In this document: positions 18,632 through 26,744 of the stretch, one piece after another
Layout of the letters: every line of letters starts with the position of its first letter
Position numbering within the stretch: position 1 is the stretch's first letter
From: Bacteroidales bacterium
GTDB lineage: Bacteria; Bacteroidota; Bacteroidia; Bacteroidales; JAADJA01
Reading direction: 5' to 3'
Length of the DNA stretch: 64,000 nt
Assembly (NCBI GenBank): GCA_047920975.1
Contig: JBLRXC010000001.1
Location: forward strand, 12,220 to 76,219
Made by a program: the position numbers and the translations under genes
The notes under the pieces: model-generated
Told to the model about the DNA's origin: nothing
Databases searched by the model: none
Seen by the model: the letters and a program-made list of their open reading frames with translations, nothing else

Positions 18632-18831
18632 ATTTTTTCGTTCTTTTTTATCAAGAAAAAAGAACAGAGTTCACTTATAAAGATAAAGGCTGCATAAAAA
18701 TTTCAATGAAAAACATGACCGAGACACCCAAATCTATAAAAAACAGATCATAAATAGCTGATTATCAGCATTCCATTTTTAGATCGTTCATGTCGCGCAC
18801 AAAACAGGAGGAGAAGTCTACAATAAGGCAT

Positions 18832-20403
18832 CTACTTCCCCCATAATCCCCTCAGTTCCTCCTCAATCTTGTCACGGAACTTTTTCAGGTCGGTTTTTTT
18901 GAGCTTTTTCACTCTTTTTTCGAGGATTTCAAACTCGGTTTTCATCTTTTTTGTCATATTGGGGATCACACGGTCGCGCACCTCATCGGAGACGTTTTGA
19001 ATGGCATGTGCCAGTTCATCGAGGTCAACCTTTTTGACCAGTTCTTTAATTTTTGCATCCGACATCCGGGCAATGTCTTCGAGCGTGTAATCTTTAACAT
19101 CATCCCACTTCTCTTTGGCCTTCTTCCGTCCTTTTTTGGCAGTTTCTCCGGCTTTCTCTTTCATATCCTCTGCAAATGCTTTGGCTTTTTCATGGAATGA
19201 ACCTACGCCGGAAGCGGCGCAGTGTTCTTCCACCCGGGAAAGGAAGTCCGAAAGCACATTCATGTAGTTGATAAAGGCTTCGTATGGCGACGGGTAGGGG
19301 TTGAAGTAACGGTGCACATCGCCATCGGAGAACCACTTGGTCGACATATAATAGAAATGGTCACTGGCCTGAAGATAGCTCCAGTCTTTCAGGATGGCAG
19401 GATCAGTGCAGCCGGCTATCCGCTGCTCAACCTGGTAGAGCTTGTCGAACGCTTCGTTCTGCATCTCGTTACCGAGCCAGGCCGTAACATCGCGCTCGGC
19501 ATCCGCCCAGGAGATTGGGTAGGGGACGTTGATTCCGCTCCTGGGTTTGAGTTTTTGTATCAGCTCTTTTGGTTTGGTGAACTCAAACCCGGCAATTTTC
19601 AATACATGGGCAGGGAGTGCCTCCATGAAATCAAATATCCCGGTGTCGGCCCACTGGTGCTCACCAAAGGTTTCATAGTCAACGAACAGATTGACCACCT
19701 CCTGCTCATGGTCAATCTCTTTGAGCCACGAAGCAAAACGTTCGGCTGTCAAAGGCCACTCACTCCAGTCCTTGTTTGAGAATCTGAATGCTATATCGTC
19801 GCTCAGCCGGAAATTTTTTAACAGCAACTTCAGGTGCGGATTACAGTCGGCATGGTAGAGAAAGTTGGGGCTTCTCCAGCCCAGCACATGTTTTGCACCT
19901 TCGGTGAGCATCCCTTTGTATCCCATATCATACACCCATTCACCGATGGTGTCGGAATAGATCAACTCTGTGTTGCGGAATGTAACCGGTTTTTGCCCGA
20001 ACAGGGCTTCTGTTTTTTCACTGTGTTGCTCCACCTGCCGCCTGAATTCATCTTTATTTTTAAGGGAAACAAGCGAATGGGAATAGGTCTCAGCAAGGAA
20101 TTCCACGTTGCCTGTTTTCGCCAGATCCTGAAAACTTTTCAAGACCTCTGGTGCATATTTTTCAAACTGATCCAATGCCGTTCCAGATATGGAGTAGGCA
20201 ATATTGAATTTTTTGCCATGTTTTTTGATCAGTTTGAGCATCAGTTCATTGGCTGGCAGGTAACATTTATTTGCAATCCGTTGCATGATGGAGCGGTTCA
20301 GGTAGTCGTCGTAGTAATAATGATCTACACCCATATCAAAAAACCTGTAGGTTCGGAGTCTGAAAGGTTGGTGCACCTGGAAATAAAAACAGATTGATCT
20401 CAT
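18832..20403 (-). CDS. GH57 alpha-amylase-family glycoside hydrolase with a C-terminal Lys-rich linker and a FliG_C / MgtE_N-like helical domain
   Basis: 523 aa. GH57 N-terminus ICFYFQVHQPFRLR, catalytic-region motifs VDYETFGEH and WADAERD. The tail at residues ~441-520 resembles the FliG C-terminal domain. Confidence 0.85.
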   Translation of the reverse strand: MRSICFYFQVHQPFRLRTYRFFDMGVDHYYYDDYLNRSIMQRIANKCYLPANELMLKLIKKHGKKFNIAYSISGTALDQFEKYAPEVLKSFQDLAKTGNVEFLAETYSHSLVSLKNKDEFRRQVEQHSEKTEALFGQKPVTFRNTELIYSDTIGEWVYDMGYKGMLTEGAKHVLGWRSPNFLYHADCNPHLKLLLKNFRLSDDIAFRFSNKDWSEWPLTAERFASWLKEIDHEQEVVNLFVDYETFGEHQWADTGIFDFMEALPAHVLKIAGFEFTKPKELIQKLKPRSGINVPYPISWADAERDVTAWLGNEMQNEAFDKLYQVEQRIAGCTDPAILKDWSYLQASDHFYYMSTKWFSDGDVHRYFNPYPSPYEAFINYMNVLSDFLSRVEEHCAASGVGSFHEKAKAFAEDMKEKAGETAKKGRKKAKEKWDDVKDYTLEDIARMSDAKIKELVKKVDLDELAHAIQNVSDEVRDRVIPNMTKKMKTEFEILEKRVKKLKKTDLKKFRDKIEEELRGLWGK

Positions 20404-20441
20404 ATTGCTTTGTGTTCTAATTTCTTTATTCTCTTTATGTC

Positions 20442-20483
20442 GTCCCCGAGGGACTTATATCAACAAATTTCGTCCTTCCGGAC
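20442..20483. repeat. Two short hairpins of the TCGTCC(C)-N3/4-(G)GGAC family
   Basis: gtccc-cga-gggac at 20442..20454 and gtcc-ttcc-ggac at 20472..20483, in the leader region of the GH57 gene. Confidence 0.6.
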
Positions 20484-20584
20484 ATATACTAATAAATATC
20501 ATCATATTCCCTTATTTCATTTTCATCCCATCAAAACCATTGGTCACCCACCAAAAGCTATAGACCAACAGTAAAAAGCCAAAG

Positions 20585-20609
20585 GCTAACAGCTAACAGC
20601 TAATAGCTG
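20585..20609. repeat. 7-nt tandem repeat gctaaca x3.5
   Basis: gctaaca gctaaca gctaata gctg, read directly just downstream of the GT4 stop. Confidence 0.7.
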
Positions 20610-20614
20610 TCATT

Positions 20615-21898
20615 CTATCTCACCGCATCCCTGTAAACCTTCATGATCTTCACGGCTGCATATTCCCACTTGAGACTATCCACTTCATCTTTTCCATATT
20701 TGATAAATGTATCAGAGAGTGCGTGATAGTGCAGGAGTCCCCAGATGGCATCAGCAGTTCCGTGTACATCCCAAAAATCAACCTTGATGGCATGTTTGAG
20801 AACCTCTGCCACACCAGATTGCCTGGATACGATTACCGGTACGTTGGTGCGCATGGCTTCCAGCGGTACAAGCCCAAATGGTTCCGATACCGAAGGCATC
20901 ACGAACACATCACTCAAAGCAAACATCCGGTCAACATCTTCACCCTGTAAAAAACCTGTAAAGTGGAACCTGTCGGCGATCTTCAACTGGGCCACCCGGC
21001 GGATCATTTTGTGGAGCATATCTCCCGAGCCGGCCATCACAAAGCGTATATTCCTGTCACGTTTTAAAACAAGGTGGGCAGTTTCGATGAAATATTCCGG
21101 ACCTTTCTGGAAGGTGATCCTTCCCAGGAAGGTGACAACCTTCTCTTTCAGCACTTTTTTTATCTGCACTGCTTCCGTTCTGTCAACCGGTTCAATGGCG
21201 TTATGAACGGTGAACACTTTGGAGGCATCAATTCCATGCTTTTCAATCACGGTCCTGCGGGTGAGATTACTCACTGCAATAACCCTGTCGGCTGCTGTCA
21301 TGCCGGCTTTTTCAATGTCAAAGACAATCGAATTTACGTTTTCACCCGTCCTGTCGAACTCAGTGGCATGGATATGCACCACCAGTGGTTTCCCACTGGC
21401 TCTTTGAGCCGCAATGCCGGCATAATAAGTCAGCCAGTCGTGTGCATGGATTACGTCAAATTCATATTGCGTAGCGATGGTTGCGGCAACCAGTGCATAG
21501 CGTGAAACTTCTTCCATCAGGTCGGGACCGTATTTCCCTGAGAATTCGTATTTTCTGGAAAAGACAGAGCGTTTGCGCTGCTCCATTTCTGTTTTCGATT
21601 CTGTAAGGATCTTTTCAAATTCTTCAGGATCCAGGTAGGGAACAAGGTTTGAACCTACCTCCATATAAGTGAAGTTTTGGGTAAACCGGAAAAAATCAGA
21701 ATCCTCAATATTCACTACTACATCACTGGCATTCACAATTCTGACAGCTCGCTGATCCTCGTCTCCGTATGCTTTGGGAACCACAAAAAGGACTTCGGCG
21801 CCCTGCTTCAGTAGTCCCTTTGTCATACCGTAGCAGGCTGTTCCTAGCCCTCCTGTGATGTGAGGAGGAAATTCCCACCCGAACATCAATACTTTCAT
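20615..21898 (-). CDS. GT4-type glycosyltransferase, alpha-glucan (glycogen) synthase-like
   Basis: 427 aa. MKVLMFGWEFPPHITGGLGTACYG N-terminus and E-x7-E region PSVSEPFGLVPLEAM. It lies in an operon between GDE and GH57. Confidence 0.8.
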   Translation of the reverse strand: MKVLMFGWEFPPHITGGLGTACYGMTKGLLKQGAEVLFVVPKAYGDEDQRAVRIVNASDVVVNIEDSDFFRFTQNFTYMEVGSNLVPYLDPEEFEKILTESKTEMEQRKRSVFSRKYEFSGKYGPDLMEEVSRYALVAATIATQYEFDVIHAHDWLTYYAGIAAQRASGKPLVVHIHATEFDRTGENVNSIVFDIEKAGMTAADRVIAVSNLTRRTVIEKHGIDASKVFTVHNAIEPVDRTEAVQIKKVLKEKVVTFLGRITFQKGPEYFIETAHLVLKRDRNIRFVMAGSGDMLHKMIRRVAQLKIADRFHFTGFLQGEDVDRMFALSDVFVMPSVSEPFGLVPLEAMRTNVPVIVSRQSGVAEVLKHAIKVDFWDVHGTADAIWGLLHYHALSDTFIKYGKDEVDSLKWEYAAVKIMKVYRDAVR

Positions 21899-23859
21899 CC
21901 GTTTTGGTTGGTGTTATGGTCGTATTGGTTTAACAAATGATGAATTCTCAGGAGTTCAGCCACACTCCAGGCCTGTGAAATAGCACCTTTCCCGGTATAG
22001 GGAGGGTTTCCGTAATACAATTCTGAAATGGTGCCAATGCCTCCCTCTGTGATCTCTTCTTCAAAATCATGGAACAGCCGCTTAATCAGAGAGAGCCCTG
22101 AGCGACCGTGTATCTTCAGATATCCCTCAGCAAAATGTCCCAGTAGCCAGGGAAAGGCAGTTCCCTGGTGATAAGCCACGTCACGGCAGGTTATATCACC
22201 ACCATAAGAACCCATATAATCAGGACTTTTGGGTGTAAGTGTCCGGATTCCCCTTGGTGTCAGTAATTCCTGTTGCACATGGTGAAGTACAAGGTATTTG
22301 ATCTCATCGGTTACCGGAGAATAGGGCATTGAAGCAACCATCAACTGGTTGGGGCGAAGGGTCATGTCTTTGAAATCTCCTCTCACAACATCAGCAAGGT
22401 AGCCCGATTGAACATCCCAAAACGTATCCGTAAAACTGAATTCAATCTTCCCGGCGATGATTCCCCAATATTCAGCCTTTTTCTTTTTCCCTTTTTTATG
22501 AAGGATCTCTGCATAAAACCTGACGGCATTGTACCAAAGGGCATTTACTTCCACTGCCAGACCATGGCGGTCTACTACAGGTTTTCCATCTATCCGTGAG
22601 TTCATCCATGTAAGTGTGTCGTTTTCATCGCCTGCCCACAGCAACCCATTATCCTGCATGAAGATACGGAATGATGTTCCCTTTTCGAACCTGGTGAGGA
22701 TATGCTCCATTGTTTTCCCGTGTTTTTTCCAAATGGTATCATAATCGCCGGTGAAAATAGTAAATTGCTGAAGTGCCCAGAAAAACCACAGGGGTGTATC
22801 CACCGAATTATAAACGAACTGATTTCCTATGCGGTCATTTGGGAAAAAAACATCATCCATCATACTCACCATGAAGTCAACGGAGTTAAGGAACCGCTCA
22901 TGATTTCCTTCGGGAAGTGTTAAGCCGGGGAGGGCTATAAAAGTATCCCGGCCATGAACATTGAACCAGTGATATCCGGCAATCATCTGAATCTGTCCAT
23001 TGCGTTGTATAAAAAACTGACGGGCAGAATTCCGGAGGCAATTAACAAAATTATCTCTTGGAATGCGACTTTTTATATTCCGGTTAAACAAGGTATTTAA
23101 TCGCTCCGACCCAACCTCTTTCAATCCTGCTGAGAAAAGGACAGAATCTCCTTTTTTTATGTCAATTTCAAAGTATCCCGGCGTAAACAGGTCTTCCAGA
23201 TATTCGTAACCTCTGGTCTTTTCTTTTGTATATTCAACATTGTAGTACCAGTCAGGTTGATGCTGGTAAACCGGTTTTCTCGAAAACTGTAGAAAAAGTG
23301 GCTCATAGGGCTCGTACATCTTCAAACGGATACCATTTTTTACAGGCGTATAGCCGGTATTCGCATCGGAATTATACTTACTGAGGGCATGAACGCTTCT
23401 GAATGCTGCAAGCGGCCTGAATCTAAGTTTTGTGGGTGAATTGGCTTCCAAAAGGGAATACCGGATAAGAATCCTGTCCTCTTCATCTGTAAAAACTATT
23501 TCACTCGAAAGAACGACTCCTCCCACACGGTAAATGATTTTCGGTACAGGATCTGCAAAAAACTCCCTGGCATATTTATGACCACCAGGTTCATACTGGT
23601 TATCGGAATATTTGTGAAGCCCGAGGTTAAACGCTTCATTCTGCTGAATGATCGTTACATCAAGACTGGAAAGAAACACATGATGGTGATGGTCTATTTG
23701 CGGTTGAAGTGAGACCAGCAATCCATGATATTTACGTGTATTACATCCAATAATGGACGTACTCGAATAAGAACCTGCATAGTTGGCCCGCAAAATTTCT
23801 CTGGTCAGTGAGAATTCCAGATTGATCAATTGCTTCTTGTCAAATGTAATATAACCCAT
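21895..23859 (-). CDS. Glycogen debranching enzyme (GDE_N + amylo-alpha-1,6-glucosidase, archaeal/bacterial type)
   Basis: 654 aa. N-terminus REILRANYAGSYSSTSIIGCNTRKYHGLLV. (alpha/alpha)6 C-terminal part with GYHWFNVHGRDTFIALPGL and ISELYYGNPP. It overlaps the GT4 gene by 4 nt. Confidence 0.85.
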   Translation of the reverse strand: MGYITFDKKQLINLEFSLTREILRANYAGSYSSTSIIGCNTRKYHGLLVSLQPQIDHHHHVFLSSLDVTIIQQNEAFNLGLHKYSDNQYEPGGHKYAREFFADPVPKIIYRVGGVVLSSEIVFTDEEDRILIRYSLLEANSPTKLRFRPLAAFRSVHALSKYNSDANTGYTPVKNGIRLKMYEPYEPLFLQFSRKPVYQHQPDWYYNVEYTKEKTRGYEYLEDLFTPGYFEIDIKKGDSVLFSAGLKEVGSERLNTLFNRNIKSRIPRDNFVNCLRNSARQFFIQRNGQIQMIAGYHWFNVHGRDTFIALPGLTLPEGNHERFLNSVDFMVSMMDDVFFPNDRIGNQFVYNSVDTPLWFFWALQQFTIFTGDYDTIWKKHGKTMEHILTRFEKGTSFRIFMQDNGLLWAGDENDTLTWMNSRIDGKPVVDRHGLAVEVNALWYNAVRFYAEILHKKGKKKKAEYWGIIAGKIEFSFTDTFWDVQSGYLADVVRGDFKDMTLRPNQLMVASMPYSPVTDEIKYLVLHHVQQELLTPRGIRTLTPKSPDYMGSYGGDITCRDVAYHQGTAFPWLLGHFAEGYLKIHGRSGLSLIKRLFHDFEEEITEGGIGTISELYYGNPPYTGKGAISQAWSVAELLRIHHLLNQYDHNTNQNG

Positions 23860-23893
23860 AAATAAAAGTGATGCAAGATGAGGAAACGGAACG

Positions 23894-23901
23894 CAAAGGT
23901 A
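23894..23901 (-). promoter_or_regulatory. -7 promoter box TACCTTTG (minus strand) for the GDE-GT4-GH57 operon
   Basis: The + strand reads caaaggta, 34 nt upstream of the start at 23859. Confidence 0.3.
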
Positions 23902-23961
23902 GGTTTTTTATCAATTGCCTTAAATCCAAACAGGTAGTTTAGGAAAATTTAACATCCAGTC

Positions 23962-23996
23962 ATAAAAAAAGGCTTCACAGAGAATGCAAAGCCTTT
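23962..23996 (-). terminator. Rho-independent terminator of the small Gly/Pro-rich protein gene
   Basis: 8-bp stem aaaggctt/aagccttt with a 13-nt loop, followed on the minus strand by a U-run (+ strand A-run at 23964..23970). Confidence 0.55.
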
Positions 23997-24021
23997 CCAT
24001 AATCCTCAAAAAATTCTAAAC

Positions 24022-24246
24022 CTATTTTTCCTTTCTAAAATTGACTATTTTTTTTGTTCCGTAAGCAGCGGCAAGTGTCAAAGTGATCAAAAACCCGCTT
24101 CCAACCGGTGATCCACCTCCAACAGGGGTCCCTCCTCCAGGTCCCGGATCACCGCCCGGATCCGGTGGAGCATCTGCATAAATTGAGGGAATTAGCATAA
24201 AGAGTAACATTGCTGCAAGCAGATGCTTTAGTATAGATTTTTGCAT
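24022..24246 (-). CDS. Small secreted Gly/Pro-rich protein with a C-terminal TM helix plus basic tail (sorting-signal-like)
   Basis: 74 aa: signal peptide, then DAPPDPGGDPGPGGGTPVGGGSPVGSG, then FLITLTLAAAYG, then TKKIVNFRKEK. It has its own terminator. Confidence 0.55.
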   Translation of the reverse strand: MQKSILKHLLAAMLLFMLIPSIYADAPPDPGGDPGPGGGTPVGGGSPVGSGFLITLTLAAAYGTKKIVNFRKEK

Positions 24247-24328
24247 GTCTTCAATTTTTTAAATTCAATTACATGGCATTTAAGGTTCGGTTATACTTAA
24301 CTCTTAGAGAAAGGATACAGTTTTTATA

Positions 24329-24336
24329 TATTTTTG
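24329..24336 (+). promoter_or_regulatory. -7 promoter box TATTTTTG for the TonB-receptor operon
   Basis: TAnnTTTG match 35 nt upstream of the ATG at 24372. Confidence 0.35.
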
Positions 24337-24371
24337 TTGGCAAATGTGATTTTTTTTCAAAAACAAGGGAT

Positions 24372-26735
24372 ATGAAAAGGTTGGCCGCGATTGCCGGGCT
24401 TACATTTTTTAGTCTGTCAGTATTTACACAGAGCCTGGGGCTAATTTCAGGTATTGTGACCGACGGATCAACTGAGCAGCCCTTATCCGGAGTACTGGTC
24501 AGGCTGAATGATGGAAAAAATACCATTACAACTGACCAAAACGGATATTTTGCATTTGAGGATCTGCCCGAAGGTAACCATCTTTTTGGCTTCAGTTGTG
24601 CCGGTTATTCAGAACAAAGCATGACAGTGAGCCTGGCTGCCGGTGGAACAGCAGGGGTTACCATGGTAATGTTACCCGCGGTCATTGATTTGGAGGGGAT
24701 CACTGTCGAAGAGTCAAGGATCATACCTGATATGATCAGCGAACTTCCTTATATCCTGGTAAAAATTAGCCGTGATCAGATTTATGAAACCTCAGTGCGG
24801 GATGTGGGAGATTTGCTGCGTTCTTCTCTGAATATCAGCGGGATAAGAAAGGGGGGCGCAAACATTGACCCGGTGGTGAGAGGCTTTAAATCCAGTCAGT
24901 TAAACATAAACCTTAATCAGGGTGTCAAGGTGGAGGGTGGTTGTCCGAACCGAATGGATCCGGCGACCGCTCACATTGAGCCTGAAGATATAAGAGCCGT
25001 TGAAGTAATCAAGGGGCCTTATTCCCTGCGCTATGGTCCTGCCATGGGTGCAGTGGTCCATGTGCAAACATTTGATATTGATGACGGAAATGTGCCATTT
25101 ATACGCATCAATGCCATGAAGGGCTATGAAACGAACTGGAATGGCCATCGCGAATATCTGTCAGTCGCTGCAGGAAACAGGACAGGTTTTCTCAATTTCT
25201 CAGGAAGCCGGAAAGATTACGGAAATTACAAGGATGGATATGGAAACCAGGTCTTTTCCTCCTTCATGAAGACCAATTTCAGAGGGCAGGTCGGCATAAG
25301 GCCATGGAAGCATCACTTAATGCAGTTCACAGCGGAGGATCTCAAAGGAAGAGATGTCAGATTTCCTTCCCTGCCTATGGATGAAAGAAGCGACGACACA
25401 AAGCTGTTCTCTCTGAATTATCAGATAAGACCCGTAACCGGATTTTTTGAGTTTCTTACCCTCCATGCTTACCGGTCAGATGTTCTTCATGAAATGGACA
25501 ACAAAGAGAGGCCGGTATCAGATACAGTAGTCGCTATAACCATTGTGGATGCATTGAACAGGGGCGCAAGATTCGAAGGCGGTATTAACATGGGAAAGAG
25601 AAAAATTATTGCCGGATTTGATCTTGAAGACATACATAAAGATGGTGACCGGACCAAGTATTTTATCCGGCAACCCGGGTTGTCGGTTCATGTTGAAACA
25701 ATCTGGAACAATGCACGCATTACAAATGCAGGATTTTTTGTCCAGTTTACGGCTGATTTTGGATCGCTTGACATGGTTGCTTCGGCCCGGATTGATCTGA
25801 ACCAGGCCACCTCTGATGAAGTGGTCGTTAAAAATCCAATGCAGGCCGAGATCTACCGTTATTCGACTGATTCAATCAGCTCCGGCTATGCAAATTTCAG
25901 CATCAGCGCCGGCGCAACACAGAAATTGTCAGAAAGTCTGTCCGTATCATTTGCCATGGGTCGCGGTACCCGAAGCCCTGATATGACTGAACGGTTTATC
26001 GTCCTGCTGCCGATTGGATATGACCGGTTTGACTATCTGGGTGATCCTAAGCTGAAACCGGAGACAAACAACCAGGTCGACCTGACACTGAAGTTTCTGA
26101 AAAGTCAATGGGGGGCATTCCAGCTCAATGGATTTTTCTCACTTGTGACGGATTATATAACCGGCAAAAGAGTTCCCCCAGCGGTTCAGAAACCGTTAAC
26201 GGCTGGTGTTTTGGGTGTCAAACAATTTTGCAACGCCGGAACCGCGCTTCTGCATGGTTTTGAATTTTCCTATACAACTTCCCCTCTGAAACATCTGGGT
26301 GTTGATCTAAATGCTGCACTTACCCGTGGGACATTAAAGGAGGCGTTTCAGTACGTGCTCAATGATGCCGGGCAGATAGTTGATGACCGGCTGATTGATC
26401 ATGATCCGCTTACTGAGATTCCTCCATTTGAAGCAACAATGGGTGTTTATTACAAATACTTTCACAACAGATTGATCCCAAGGATCAACCTGCGGTCAGT
26501 AGCAAAACAGAATCACGTTTCAGAAGCACAATATGAACCAACAACACCCGGCTTTTTTCTTGCAGGAGTGTCGGTTCAATACAAACACAATACCCATCTG
26601 AATATAACTGCAGGGGTGAACAATCTCTTTAACAAAGGATATTTTGAGCACCTCAACAGGGCAATCATCGGGCAAATTGGTAATTTAACCGAACCCGGAA
26701 GGTCTTTTTATATTAACCTGTTTTTTAAAATTTAA
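24372..26735 (+). CDS. TonB-dependent outer-membrane receptor with an N-terminal CarboxypepD_reg domain
   Basis: The internal ATG at 24372 gives the signal peptide MKRLAAIAGLTFFSLSVFTQS. Then GIVTDGSTEQPLSGVLVRL (CarboxypepD_reg), plug motifs (ISGIRKGGANIDPVVRGF, VEVIKGPYSLRYG) and a terminal ...YINLFFKI. Confidence 0.85.
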   Translation: MKRLAAIAGLTFFSLSVFTQSLGLISGIVTDGSTEQPLSGVLVRLNDGKNTITTDQNGYFAFEDLPEGNHLFGFSCAGYSEQSMTVSLAAGGTAGVTMVMLPAVIDLEGITVEESRIIPDMISELPYILVKISRDQIYETSVRDVGDLLRSSLNISGIRKGGANIDPVVRGFKSSQLNINLNQGVKVEGGCPNRMDPATAHIEPEDIRAVEVIKGPYSLRYGPAMGAVVHVQTFDIDDGNVPFIRINAMKGYETNWNGHREYLSVAAGNRTGFLNFSGSRKDYGNYKDGYGNQVFSSFMKTNFRGQVGIRPWKHHLMQFTAEDLKGRDVRFPSLPMDERSDDTKLFSLNYQIRPVTGFFEFLTLHAYRSDVLHEMDNKERPVSDTVVAITIVDALNRGARFEGGINMGKRKIIAGFDLEDIHKDGDRTKYFIRQPGLSVHVETIWNNARITNAGFFVQFTADFGSLDMVASARIDLNQATSDEVVVKNPMQAEIYRYSTDSISSGYANFSISAGATQKLSESLSVSFAMGRGTRSPDMTERFIVLLPIGYDRFDYLGDPKLKPETNNQVDLTLKFLKSQWGAFQLNGFFSLVTDYITGKRVPPAVQKPLTAGVLGVKQFCNAGTALLHGFEFSYTTSPLKHLGVDLNAALTRGTLKEAFQYVLNDAGQIVDDRLIDHDPLTEIPPFEATMGVYYKYFHNRLIPRINLRSVAKQNHVSEAQYEPTTPGFFLAGVSVQYKHNTHLNITAGVNNLFNKGYFEHLNRAIIGQIGNLTEPGRSFYINLFFKI

Positions 26736-26744
26736 TGGTTCATC

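Noticed and set aside
18194-18753. ORFs 18194..18397 and 18541..18753 in the large gap as possible small proteins
   Set aside because: Their translations (e.g. ...TPACRQPGRQAIQSAPTHRPAL..., ...CWRRFCAERIFSLDFFVLFYQEKR...) simply track GC-rich hairpins and the 42-nt repeat. One needs a GTG start, and there is no promoter box or recognisable fold. I treat the region as noncoding.
20585-20609. Tandem repeats at 20585..20609 and 36418..36464 as possible CRISPR or minisatellite arrays
   Set aside because: The units are only 7-9 nt with no spacers, and no cas genes are present in the window.
24273-24371. N-terminal extensions offered by the ORF track. Examples: 24273 for the TonB receptor, 27025 for the MbnP-like gene, 28551 for the peroxidase, 33433 for the C10 peptidase, 34324 for hup, 36278 for the TPR protein, 63327 for the oxidoreductase
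   Set aside because: In each case an internal ATG immediately precedes a canonical signal peptide or the conserved family N-terminus. The extension overlaps the upstream gene or promoter box.
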